Part shown: positions 49,329 through 58,580 of the stretch, piece by piece
How the letters are laid out: each line of letters opens with the position of its first letter
Position numbering within the stretch: the first letter of the stretch is position 1
Assembly: GCA_963806755.1 (NCBI GenBank)
Contig: CAWDZR010000029.1
Span: 282,780 to 346,779 of the forward strand
Reading direction: 5' to 3'
From: an uncultured Gemmatimonadales bacterium
Lineage (GTDB): Bacteria; Gemmatimonadota; Gemmatimonadetes; Gemmatimonadales; JACORV01
DNA length: 64,000 nt
Notes under the pieces: model-generated
What the model was told of the DNA's origin: nothing
What the model saw: the letters and a program-made list of their open reading frames with translations, nothing else
Database searches by the model: none
Program-made: the position numbers and the translations under genes

Positions 49329-50603
49329 TCAGGTCGCGGCGGGATTCATGAGCCTGCCGAGGAACAGGATCGTCCCCGAGAACCGTTCCCGGATCGCGAA
49401 CAGGAACGGCCGGTCGATGGCGATGGGAGGCCGGGCGGCGGTGGCGCCGATCCCGACCGAGGTCGCCGCCGCCGCTTCGGTCCCCTCCTCGTCCACGTCC
49501 ACGTACGTCTTGTGCCTCACCTCGCTGATGTACAGGTCCCGAACGCTGCGCATCCGCGTGAAGTCGGCGCAGTCCGCCGCCCCGCCGCCGCACGGCTCGA
49601 ACGCCACGCCCATCCCGAGTGCCGAGAGCGCGTCGTTCAAGCGGAGCCCGTATGCCAGCCTGAACTTGGGCATGTGGACCTCCGCCTCGGTGGAATCGAG
49701 GCCGGCGATCCAGGTGTCCCACCGCGCCGGCGTGAGGCCGGCGAGGAGCGAGTCCATTCCCCCGGCGTCGCGGGGCATCACGATCGTCATGCTGTAGGCG
49801 CCGCCGCCGTAGCGAAGATCCAGCACCTGCACGTCGGCGTCGCCGCCGGCCAGGACCCAAGCCTGACCCGCGAAGGACATCGTGGGCACCGGCGTGCTCG
49901 ACCCGTCGGCCAGGGTGAACGGCGCCGGAGCCGTGCGGCTCGTGTCGAATTGCGTGACCCAGGCGCCCTTGAAGTACACGGCGTTGATCAGGTACATGAC
50001 GACGGCCGATGGGATCGGGTCGGGCACGATGGACGGGATCCTCCCGCCGGTCTGGTCGCTCACCCAGGCGTTGATGACCGGCGCCGCGTCCGGCGAGGCG
50101 AAGTCGAGGCCGCGCACGGCCGCGTCGAAATAGGCTTCGCAGGTATCGAGGAACGCCTGCTCGAACGCGAGGTCCTGGCGGTACCAGATCGAGTTCGCGA
50201 GCGTGAAGTCCACGCGCGGATCGAGGCCGCGCAGCAGGTCGATCACGCCCCGATAGGACTGATCCACCTCCGGTAGGCTCATCCCGCCGAGGCCGAGCGC
50301 GTCCTGCATCGCCGCCTGCGTCGTTCCGGCCGCCCCGTTGTAGGTCATGCCGAGCGCCATCCCGACGCTGAGCGGTGAGATGAAGAGGTTGGAGCCGGGA
50401 CCCGCCTGGCGGGCGATCGCCCCGAACAGCCGGAACGCGAAGTCGTTGTCGGCGGCGACCAGGTGCGTTTCGGAGGGCGTCAGGGCCCGGGGAAGGCCGG
50501 TGATGGGATTGGTCGTGGGGTTGGTGATCCTGCCGCCGTCGCTGCAGGCCGCCGCGAGCGCGACGGCCGCTGCGGCGATCCACACCCGGGACGCTTGTCT
50601 CAT
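49329..50603 (-). CDS. serpin family protein (lipoprotein-type signal)
   Basis: From MRQASRVWIAAAAVALAAACSDG within track ORF 49329..50645; NAVYFKGAW, EEGTEAAAAT hinge, PFLFAIRERFSGTILFLGRLMNP. Confidence 0.88.
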   Translation of the reverse strand: MRQASRVWIAAAAVALAAACSDGGRITNPTTNPITGLPRALTPSETHLVAADNDFAFRLFGAIARQAGPGSNLFISPLSVGMALGMTYNGAAGTTQAAMQDALGLGGMSLPEVDQSYRGVIDLLRGLDPRVDFTLANSIWYRQDLAFEQAFLDTCEAYFDAAVRGLDFASPDAAPVINAWVSDQTGGRIPSIVPDPIPSAVVMYLINAVYFKGAWVTQFDTSRTAPAPFTLADGSSTPVPTMSFAGQAWVLAGGDADVQVLDLRYGGGAYSMTIVMPRDAGGMDSLLAGLTPARWDTWIAGLDSTEAEVHMPKFRLAYGLRLNDALSALGMGVAFEPCGGGAADCADFTRMRSVRDLYISEVRHKTYVDVDEEGTEAAAATSVGIGATAARPPIAIDRPFLFAIRERFSGTILFLGRLMNPAAT

Positions 50604-50717
50604 GGACTCCCCCGCTCCTGGGTGATCCGTGCGGCGCGCGGGCACGCGACGCAGGGTCCTGGAGGGAAAGACCCCGGCGCCGCGGCGCGAGTCACTCGTC
50701 GGTCGGGTGCGGCGCCG

Positions 50718-52283
50718 CTACGGCTCCCGCCAGCGGGCGCCGTCGCGCGCGATGAACGCGTCGGCGATGCCCGGGCCCCAGGAGCCCGACACGTAGTTCG
50801 GGAAGTCGCGCGGCGGGTCGGCGCTCCAGGCCTTCACGATCGGATCCACGATGCCCCACGCCGCCTCCACCTGGTCGCTGCGGGCGTACAGGGTGCCGTC
50901 GCCGACCATGGCGTCGAGGAGCAGCGTCTCGTACGCCGAGTGGTCGGTGGCGCCGAAGGCCGTGGCGTAGCTGAAGTCCATCTGCACGGTCGTCATCTTC
51001 ACGTCCACGCCCGGCACCTTGATCTCGAAGCACAGCGATACGCCCTCGTTCGGCTGAATGCGGATCACGAGGACGTTGGACGCGAACGACCGGCCGCCGT
51101 TCTGGAACATCAGATGGGGCGGGCGGCGGAACTGGATCGCGATCTCGGTGGCCCGGCGGGCGAGGCGCTTGCCGCTGCGGACGTAGAACGGCACGCCCTG
51201 CCACCGCCAGTTGTCCACCAGGAAGCGGACCGCGGCGTAGGTCGGCGTGGCGGAGCCGGGGGCGACCCGCTCTTCCTGCCGGTAGCCGGGAAGGGCCGCG
51301 CCGCCGATGGCCCCCGGGCCGTACTGGCCGCGCACGGCGAAGTCGTCGATGGTGGCCGCGGTGATGGGCCGGATGGCGCGCAGCACCTTGACCTTCTCGT
51401 CACGCACCTCCTCGGCGCGAAACGCGACCGGGGGCTCCATCGCGGTCAGCGCCAGCAGCTGGAGCAGGTGGTTCTGGAACATGTCGCGCACCACGCCGGC
51501 CTGCTCGTAGTAGCCCGCCCGGTGCTCGACGCCCACGGTCTCGGCCGCGGTGATCTGCACGTGGTGGATGTGCTGCCGGTTCCAGATCGGCTCGAAGATC
51601 GAGTTGGCGAATCGCAGCACCAGGAGGTTCTGCACCGTCTCTTTGCCGAGGTAGTGGTCGATGCGGTAGACCTGGTGCTCGGCGAGGCGCTTCAGGACCG
51701 TCTGGTTCAGGGCCCGCGCGGTCTCGAGGCTGGAGCCGAACGGCTTCTCGATGATGACCCGGGCCCACGGCCGCTGCGCAGGGTCGTCGATGCGCGGCAC
51801 GAGGCCGGTCGCCGACAGGTGCTCGACCGCGGTGCCGTAGACCGAGGGCGGCAGGGCGAGGTAGAACAGCCTGCCGCGCGGGCTCCCGCTCTCCTTCTCG
51901 AATTCGGCGACGCGCGCGCTCACCGCCGCGAAGAACGCCGGGTCCGTCATGTCGCCCTGGACGTAGTGGATGCGCTTGGCGAAGTGGTCCCACGTCGCGT
52001 CCGGCACGTGGCCGATCTCCTCGGACTCGAGGATGGCCTGCTTCATCCGGTCGCGGAAATCCTGGTCGGTGAGACTCTCGCGCGCGGCGCCGACCACGGA
52101 GAAGTCGTCGTGCAGCAGCCCGTCGTGCAGCAGGTGGTACAGCGCGGGCATCAGCTTGCGGCGGGTGAGGTCGCCGCCGGCGCCGAGGATGACGGCGGTG
52201 CACGGGTCGCCCTTCTTGAAGGGCTCGGGCACGGACATGTGCTCCGAAAGCCGGAGCGGGACGGCGACGGACGGCTCGCTCAC
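50718..52283 (-). CDS. zwf: glucose-6-phosphate dehydrogenase
   Basis: Tail of track ORF 50718..52793; ILGAGGDLTRRKLMPALY, RIDHYLGKE; start GTG 52283 (GTGA overlap) or ATG 52238. Confidence 0.93.
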   Translation of the reverse strand: MSEPSVAVPLRLSEHMSVPEPFKKGDPCTAVILGAGGDLTRRKLMPALYHLLHDGLLHDDFSVVGAARESLTDQDFRDRMKQAILESEEIGHVPDATWDHFAKRIHYVQGDMTDPAFFAAVSARVAEFEKESGSPRGRLFYLALPPSVYGTAVEHLSATGLVPRIDDPAQRPWARVIIEKPFGSSLETARALNQTVLKRLAEHQVYRIDHYLGKETVQNLLVLRFANSIFEPIWNRQHIHHVQITAAETVGVEHRAGYYEQAGVVRDMFQNHLLQLLALTAMEPPVAFRAEEVRDEKVKVLRAIRPITAATIDDFAVRGQYGPGAIGGAALPGYRQEERVAPGSATPTYAAVRFLVDNWRWQGVPFYVRSGKRLARRATEIAIQFRRPPHLMFQNGGRSFASNVLVIRIQPNEGVSLCFEIKVPGVDVKMTTVQMDFSYATAFGATDHSAYETLLLDAMVGDGTLYARSDQVEAAWGIVDPIVKAWSADPPRDFPNYVSGSWGPGIADAFIARDGARWREP

Positions 52284-52933
52284 GCGGTCTCCAGTCGGCG
52301 GGTCGGGGTTTCGGGCATGGGGGCTCCTTCGGGGGCGACGCCGAGCGCGGCGAGATCGCGGCGCAGGGCGTCGGCGGTGGTGAACCGGATCGCGTGCATG
52401 CCGAGCGCGCGGGCCGGGGAGAGGTTCTGCTCGCGGTCGTCGATCAGCACCGAGGCGTCGGCCTCGGCCTGCGCCATCGCCAGCGCCAGCTCGTAGATGC
52501 GGCGCGACGGCTTGGCGACGCCGAGCCAGCAGGAGGTGAAGAAGGCGCTGAACAGCGGCGCCAGGCCGAAATGCCGTACCCGCCACGCGTTCAGCTCGGC
52601 CGACTCGTTGTTGATGGTCATGAGGCGCCAGCGGCCGGCCGCGGCCAGCGCGTGGGCGAGGGCGACGGTCTCGGGGTAGGGCGCGCTCTGGGCCCGCATG
52701 AACGCGGTGAACTCCTCGCGCGCGAACGGCCGCGGCACGTCGAACACCGTGCAGTCGAGGTACTCGTCGAGCGTGAGCCGCCCTTCTTCCCACTGCCCGA
52801 CGACCTCGCGGTGACGGCGGTCGAAATCAGTCGCGTCGAGCCGGAAGCGCTCCACCGCGCGGGCGCGCGACTCGGCGCCCCAGCCGCTGGTGCCGAGCAC
52901 GCCGCCGACGTCGAAGAACAGGTGCGTGATCAC
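52280..52933 (-). CDS. HAD-family hydrolase
   Basis: 217-aa track ORF; motif I FFDVGGVL, later LIDDREQN. Confidence 0.8.
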   Translation of the reverse strand: MITHLFFDVGGVLGTSGWGAESRARAVERFRLDATDFDRRHREVVGQWEEGRLTLDEYLDCTVFDVPRPFAREEFTAFMRAQSAPYPETVALAHALAAAGRWRLMTINNESAELNAWRVRHFGLAPLFSAFFTSCWLGVAKPSRRIYELALAMAQAEADASVLIDDREQNLSPARALGMHAIRFTTADALRRDLAALGVAPEGAPMPETPTRRLETA

Positions 52934-53376
52934 TGGGCGGCGCGGACCGCGGCGCCGAGCAGGCCGACCAGCGGACTCACGATGACGTGCACCGGCAGGC
53001 GGGAGGCGAGGTCCGACAGGCGCCCCTGGCTGCGGAACGCGGAGACGAACGCGCCGTCCTGGAGCTTCGCGATGATCCGGGGCGCGATGCCACCCGCGAC
53101 GTAGACGCCCCCGGTGGCGAGGACGGTGAGGGCGAACTGGCCGGCCTGGGCGCCGTACACGGACACGAACAGCTCCAGCGCCCGGGTGGACAGCGCGTCG
53201 TCCTTCGCGAGCCCGTGGCGCGTGATCACAGCGGCCTGGTCCTCGCGCTCCATCTCGTGGCGCAGCTCGGGGCGCTCGGTGGCGAAGCCGGTCGTGGCCA
53301 GGTAGCGATACACGCGCTCCAGGCCGGGACCGGAGAGGATGCGCTCGTAGGACACGTGGCCAAACGGCGGATCTTT
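52930..53376 (-). pseudogene. glk: glucokinase, C-terminal ~145 aa only (5'-truncated at the breakpoint)
   Basis: Track ORF 52930..53355 plus in-frame upstream codons give KDPPFGHVSYERILSGPGLERVYRYL...GGVYVAGGIAPRI, matching only the C-terminal half of glucokinases. In-frame TAA at 53377-53379, with no N-terminal ATP-binding half. Confidence 0.75.
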
Positions 53377-53402
53377 TTATAAAGCAATACTTCTTCGTTT
53401 CA

Positions 53403-53576
53403 CTACGGCGTCATCGCGCTGATGACGCTGTTGATCGTGCCCCTAATTCCGGAAGACAGTGCGATGAACACTGCAACCGTAAGGACGGTGATTACAGCCA
53501 GAACGACGCCGTACTCGGCCATCGTCTGCCCCTCCTCACGCATCAGGAACAAATGCAAACGCGCGATCATGCGCAT
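53403..53576 (-). CDS. flp: Flp-family type IVb pilin (prepilin)
   Basis: Own translation (57 aa, below the track cutoff): MRMIARLHLFLMREEGQTMAEYGVVLAVITVLTVAVFIALSSGIRGTINSVISAMTP; G-xxxx-EY processing motif followed by a hydrophobic helix. Confidence 0.75.
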   Translation of the reverse strand: MRMIARLHLFLMREEGQTMAEYGVVLAVITVLTVAVFIALSSGIRGTINSVISAMTP

Positions 53577-53988
53577 GTGAACTGCACCCCCCTTTTCGTC
53601 TACACGGCAGGCAGAGGCTTCAGCGCAGAACGAGAGACGGGAAGTAGCCCCCAGATCCGTCTCTTTCGCTCAACACGTGCGGTGCGCTTGAATACATCAC
53701 GCCGCAAAACCTCCCCCTAGTGGTTTCGTGGCGTGGCCGCGCCGCCGTGTTTGGTTGCGAGGTCAGAATCGAGAAACCAACGCCAACCTAAAATCCCTCA
53801 TCGCAGGTGATTTCGCGACGATTCTTCACTCTTTCTAGCGATCGACCGGCGGTAATTCACCTCATTGGGGGAACCGCTAATGGCTTTGCTGATTGCATAG
53901 TGTGAGAACGTCCCATCGCGGCTGGGAGCAGATAGCTATCCGGGCCGAGCGTGATCTCGGCGCCGATTTGAATGAGGGGGAGCCGTAG

Positions 53989-55611
53989 ATGAGGAAGAGA
54001 CGAGAGCCCGCGCGCAGGCGGGAGGACGAACGCCGGTCCGCGCGCGCCGCGCAGACCAGGCGCGACCGGCATCGAGACCGAGACAGGAGGCCGGGCTCGA
54101 GGACGACGGGTTCGTCTTCTGGCCCACCAGCCTGGGCGAGCCCGAAGGACCGCGCCTCGTTCAGGTCGAGCGCCGCCGGCGCGCGGGAACCGGAGAAGAA
54201 GCGCGTCCACCGCGCCGCCGCCTGGCAACCACCGTCCTCTTCGCCTTTCTCTTCTTCGCCGGAGCCGCCCTGACGGCGGCGGCCGGAAACGAGGTCGCCA
54301 CGATGGTCTCCTCCGTCCGTCCGAGCGCCGGCGGCAGAGCACGCAGACGACCGACACGAGCGCTACCGACACCGCGACCGACGACCACGACCGCGACCAC
54401 GCCGCGACCGACACGACCGCGACCGACGGAGCCGACGACAACCGCCACGACCACCATCGAGCGAGCCGACCCGGCTACGCACGACTACCGACGACGGCCA
54501 GCCCGCCGGCCCGGGCGATCAGCCGGCGCCGCCCAACGGCGCGCGCGACACCGCAGGTCACGACCACGACCACCGCCGCAGCCACGCCGAGCCGTCTCGC
54601 GCCGGCGCCCGGCATCCGACCGCGAGCACGGTCGCGAGCGGCTCGCAGAGCGCTCCCGCCGCGGGCGCGGCCGCGCAGCCCGAGAGCCACTCCGCAGCCG
54701 GTTCTGGCGCCACAGCCGGCGCACAAGTCGTCGGGGCATACGCACACGCAAGCAGGCCAAGGCCAGCTACGCCTCGCTGCACAAGGCGCCGAAACCGTAC
54801 GAGGTCGAGCCCGAGGCCGGCTCGAGCGGAACCACGGGCAACGTGCACTGGATCAACCGAGCCGCTGCCCGACCCGACGCCGGCATCGCTTCGGCTGACG
54901 CCCGCAGTTCGCGCAGCAACTTCGCGAGGCCAGCTCGGCCCGAGGGGCTCGACTGGGCCTTCCTGCTCGCCGTTCTTCGCGCCGAGCGACTCGAACAGCT
55001 CGGGCCAGGTCTCGCACTCCGCTGCTGCAACGCAAGGCCGCCGTCCTCGGCCCGCTTCACGTCTGGCCAGGCGATCGCAAGGCGGTGCTGCGCCTACAAG
55101 CACGAATGGCCTTTCACCCGACGCGTGCTGGTGCTCGAGCACTACTACGAGGCGCTGGGGCTGAAGGCGCTCGTGAACGGCCTCGCTGCCAGTCGCGACA
55201 GACCTCGCGGCCAAGATGCTGGCCGATCAGCGGATCGAGATCTACCCGGGCGGCCGCGACGACATCTCCTCCGGGACGCGTGGACGTGCGCGTGCTGGCG
55301 ATGATCGACTTCCTGGCCGAGTCCTTCGGCGACGTCCGCGTCTCCTGCCTGATCACGGGTCACCGCCTGTACGCGCGGCCCGGAGTGATCTCGGCGCACA
55401 TCTACGGACGCGCCGTCGACATCGCCGCCCTCGACGGACGTCTCGATCTACGGGCACCAGCAGCAGTCGAGCGTGACCGCGCGGGCCGTCAAGCAGATCC
55501 TGCTGCTGCCGGCCGAGGTGCTGCCGACGCCAGGTGATCTCGCTGCTCGGATTCGGCGGCCCGTCCTTCCCACTTGCCGACCACTACGACCACATTCACA
55601 TTGGCTACTGA
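53989..55611 (+). pseudogene. membrane-anchored M15-like (SxHxxGxAxD / HxH) peptidase, multiply frameshifted
   Basis: Coding signal hops between all three plus frames (track ORFs 53989, 54303, 55085, 55216 and others). These encode a TM helix LATTVLFAFLFFAGAALTAAAG, a Pro/Thr-rich linker, VDVRVLAMIDFLAESFGDVRVSCLITGHRLYARPGVISAHIYGRAVDIAALDG and a terminal SLLGFGGPSFPLADHYDHIHIGY*. Confidence 0.55.
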
Positions 55612-55612
55612 G

Positions 55613-56009
55613 TCCACGACACCCGAGAAAGGCCGCGTCCTGCTCGTCTGCGACGCGGCCGGTCGTATGCTCTGCGACCGCTGCCGCGTCGCCGACCGGC
55701 CGCTCAGCCGCATGCGCGGGCTGCTCGGGCGACGCTACCTCCGCGCCGGCGAGGCGCTGCTGCTGCGCCCGGCCGCGCGATTCACACCGCCTTCATGCGC
55801 TTCTCGATCGACGCCGTCTTCCTCGATCGCGGCGGCGTCGTGCTGCACATTGCGCACGATCTGCGCACCCTGGCGAACGGCATCGAAGCGCGGCGCCAGG
55901 GCGGTGCTGGAGCTTCCCGCCGGAGCGCCGCGCTGCGCGCGGGATCGAGCTCGGCGACAGGTTGAGGTTCATCTCTCCGCGCGACGCATCGCACGGAGAG
56001 CGAGCTTGA
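55613..56009 (+). pseudogene. DUF192-family protein, frameshifted
   Basis: CRVADRPLSRMRGLLGRRYLRAGEALLLRPA in one frame, RIHTAFMRFSIDAVFLDRGGVVLHIAHDL in a second, AVLELPAG and GIELGDRLRFIS in others; together these give the DUF192 pattern. Confidence 0.55.
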
Positions 56010-56123
56010 TTTGCCCCCTCGAAACGAAAGCCAGACGGAGCCGACGGGCTCCGCCGACTCCGGAACTCGAATCGGCGTGGCGCGACTCGCCTTCGATTCG
56101 AGTTCCCGAAAGGAGGTAACGAG

Positions 56124-57362
56124 ATGCACTTGCACACTCGCCTCCGACACCGATCGCGCGAGGACGGGCAAACGATAGTGCTCGCGGTGATCGCGATGGT
56201 GGCGCTACTTGCCCTTTCCGCGTTCGCGATCGACGTCGGATACGCCTACTACGCCCATCGCTCGCTACAGGCTTCGGCCGACGCCGCGGCGCTGGCGGGG
56301 GCACAGAAATTGCCCGACGCGGCGCTGCCACAGCCACGGCCCGCGAGTACGGGACGAGCTAGGCTGGCAAGAACAAGCTGACGAATATCGGCGACGTCAC
56401 CGAGACGATCACCACCAAGTGCCTGTCGAGCCTGCCCGGATGCGAACCGGCTAACGCCGTCGTCGCCGAGGAGATCGGCTCACGTGCCGACTTTCTTCGC
56501 ACGCGTGCTCGGGATCGACTCGCTCAACATCAAGGCCAAGGCGACCGCCTGCTCGTACTGCGGCGTCAAGCCGCTGGACATCATGCTGGTCGTCGACCGC
56601 ACGGGCTCGATGTGCATGGATCACTGGGGCGCCAACGATCCGGCCTGCACCGACATGAACAACGAGAAGACCGCGCTCAAGGAGTTCCTCAACTTCCTCG
56701 AGCCGGCCAGGCAGCGGGTCGGACTGGCCGTCTTCCCGCCGGCGACGAGCATTGCCGGTCGCTGTAACACGCCCAGCGACTCGAACTACAACTCGACCTC
56801 GAGCCCGTACGTGGTCGTTCCGCTTTCGAACGACTACTGCGCTCAAGGCCGGCTCACTGAACACGTCGTCGGCGCTCGTCTCGACGATCAACTGCCTCAA
56901 GGCGGCGGGCAACACCTCTTACGCTCTCGCCATCGAGAAAGCCCAGGCAGAGCTCAACGCACACGGGCGGGCGGAGTGCCGCACGTGATCGTCTTCTTCT
57001 CAGACGGCGCGGCCAACATCGGGCCGACCTACTTCCCGTCGACCTCGCCCTACCGCAAGCAGCCCTGCCACCAGGGTGTGAATTCGGCCGCGGGCGTGAA
57101 GGCCGGCGGAACGATCGTCTACTCGATCGGCTACGACCTGAATGCTCTGGACGGCGGCGCCAACGCCTGCCGTTACAACGGCTACACAGGACCGCTCGAG
57201 CAGCCCTCGATCACCGCCTACTCGGCGCTGCAACAGATCGCCAGCTCGACCAGTCACTTCTACGTGCAGCCGAGCGCAGGCGACCTGAGCCACGTCTACC
57301 TCGAGATCGCCGCCGACTTCTCGCGCGGCGCCTCGGGCCTGATCGACAACGACACCAACTAA
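56124..57362 (+). pseudogene. TadG-like pilus-assembly protein with vWA domain, frameshifted
   Basis: N-terminal Tad-like TM segment (track ORF 56124..56381: GQTIVLAVIAMVALLALSAFAIDVGYAYYAHRSLQASADAAALAGA). There is an in-frame TAG and frame changes near 56330-56480, then the vWA part (ORF 56484..57362, MIDAS DRTGSM, FFSDGAAN). The vWA motif GNTSYALAIEKAQAEL sits in another frame (ORF 56752..56988), implying two further compensating shifts. Confidence 0.65.
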
Positions 57363-57370
57363 AAGACGGC

Positions 57371-57406
57371 GGAGCGGGAGCGCCGGCCCGCCGGCTCTCC
57401 CGCTCC
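57371..57406. terminator. bidirectional GC hairpin between convergent genes
   Basis: GGAGCGGGAGCGCCGG-CCC-GCCGGCTCTCCCGCTCC, read directly; a degraded copy lies in the right arm near 63011-63050. Confidence 0.4.
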
Positions 57407-57444
57407 ACAGCTCGGTCGCTCTCGGCCGAGCTCGGGATGCTGCG

Positions 57445-57765
57445 TTAGGCGGCCGACCGGACTTCGATCAGCTCGAGCGCCGCACGCGGCAGTTTCTCGA
57501 TTCCACCCTCGCTTAGGCTGACGACGACGTTCTCGGGCTCGTTGGCATACCAACCGAGGATCACGCCTTCCGATCCGAGCGGCGCTGCGTCCAAATCTCT
57601 TTTCAGGCGTACGGCGTCGCGCGCCCTGAACAGCGCCTCGCCATAGACGAAGCCCGCCGGCATGGCGAGTGCCGGATCGGATCGCTGTGCTTTTAGCTGG
57701 GCTAATGCGGCCTGAAGGCTGCCGGGGCGACTACCGGTTGCGGTCTGGCTCTCGATATGGGACAC
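57445..57765 (-). CDS. hypothetical protein (106 aa)
   Basis: Intact track ORF; no family confidently recognised. Confidence 0.5.
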   Translation of the reverse strand: MSHIESQTATGSRPGSLQAALAQLKAQRSDPALAMPAGFVYGEALFRARDAVRLKRDLDAAPLGSEGVILGWYANEPENVVVSLSEGGIEKLPRAALELIEVRSAA

Positions 57766-57915
57766 GGCATCCCTCCTTGAGAATTCACACGGCTACTTAC
57801 TCCCACGGCTTGCGTTCAGCGGGCCGGACTACCTACTGATGAACTGCGGCGGCCGCGAGGGGTAAGCCATTGATCGGCTGGGAGAGGTTCCGATATATCC
57901 CTCAGTCAAGGTAAT

Positions 57916-58413
57916 GTGACAAATGGTCACGGTCCGGCGCTCGAGACGTGCGCCCGCCCTGCGATCATCCAGGGAATGGAGTCCAGAAAGCCAGACGAGC
58001 GAGAAGCGGCCGAGGAAATGCTCCGGCGGGCGCTGGAGACGGCCCGCGCCGAGGCCGGCTACCGTGCCTCGCGCTCGAGCGGGCCCGGTGGCCAGCACGC
58101 CCAGAAAAACGAGACGCGCATCGAGGCCTACCTCGAGCTTGACTCCTGCTCGCTCGACGAGGCGGCGAAGGAGCGCCTGCGCGAACGCTTCGGCCGCACG
58201 GTGCGCGCCGTCTCGCAGGACGAGCGCAGTCAGCTACGCAACCGCGAGCTCGCGCTCGAGCGACTGCTGGAAAAGATCCGGCTCGCGCTCGAGCCCGTGG
58301 CCGAGCGAACCGCCACCAAGCCCTCGCGCTCGGCCATTCTGAGGCGCCTGACCAGCAAGCGACACCGCTCTCGCACCAAGCACCTGCGCCGCCCACCGGG
58401 CGACGACGAGTAA
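57916..58413 (+). CDS. GGQ-motif class I release-factor-domain protein (ArfB-like peptidyl-tRNA hydrolase)
   Basis: Track ORF 165 aa; SSGPGGQHAQKNETRIE GGQ motif and a basic C-terminal tail KPSRSAILRRLTSKRHRSRTKHLRR; the true start is probably downstream of 57916. Confidence 0.7.
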   Translation: MTNGHGPALETCARPAIIQGMESRKPDEREAAEEMLRRALETARAEAGYRASRSSGPGGQHAQKNETRIEAYLELDSCSLDEAAKERLRERFGRTVRAVSQDERSQLRNRELALERLLEKIRLALEPVAERTATKPSRSAILRRLTSKRHRSRTKHLRRPPGDDE

Positions 58414-58580
58414 GAACCTCGAGCGGAATGAAGACCGATCGACTGGGTGCGATCGGTGAGTGCGAGGCTAGGACGCAGCGTCGCGTTCGTAGCCGGAGGC
58501 TACGGGCGAGACCGAGGACAACGCATCGTGCCGCCGAGCGCGGCCAGGCTATGGAGTGCTTCGTTTCGCTCGAGGTTCCG

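Noticed and set aside
53370-53990. Boundary of a mobile element or genomic island at the glk breakpoint
   Set aside because: I found no transposase, integrase, terminal inverted repeats, target-site duplication or adjacent tRNA (tRNA-Phe is 13 kb away). The junction therefore cannot be called a mobile-element end from sequence alone.
53857-54441. 194-aa and other minus-strand ORFs across the broken peptidase gene
   Set aside because: Their products are Arg/Ser/Pro-rich with no motifs, and they are antisense to the frames that carry the TM helix, linker and M15 motifs.
54340-54470. Runs of ACGACC/GCGACC-like units, considered as a tandem repeat or CRISPR-like array
   Set aside because: The period is irregular and there is no repeat-spacer architecture. 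In frame, the region encodes a Pro/Thr-rich linker (TPRPTTTTATTPRPTRPRPTEPTTT) of the membrane-anchored peptidase.
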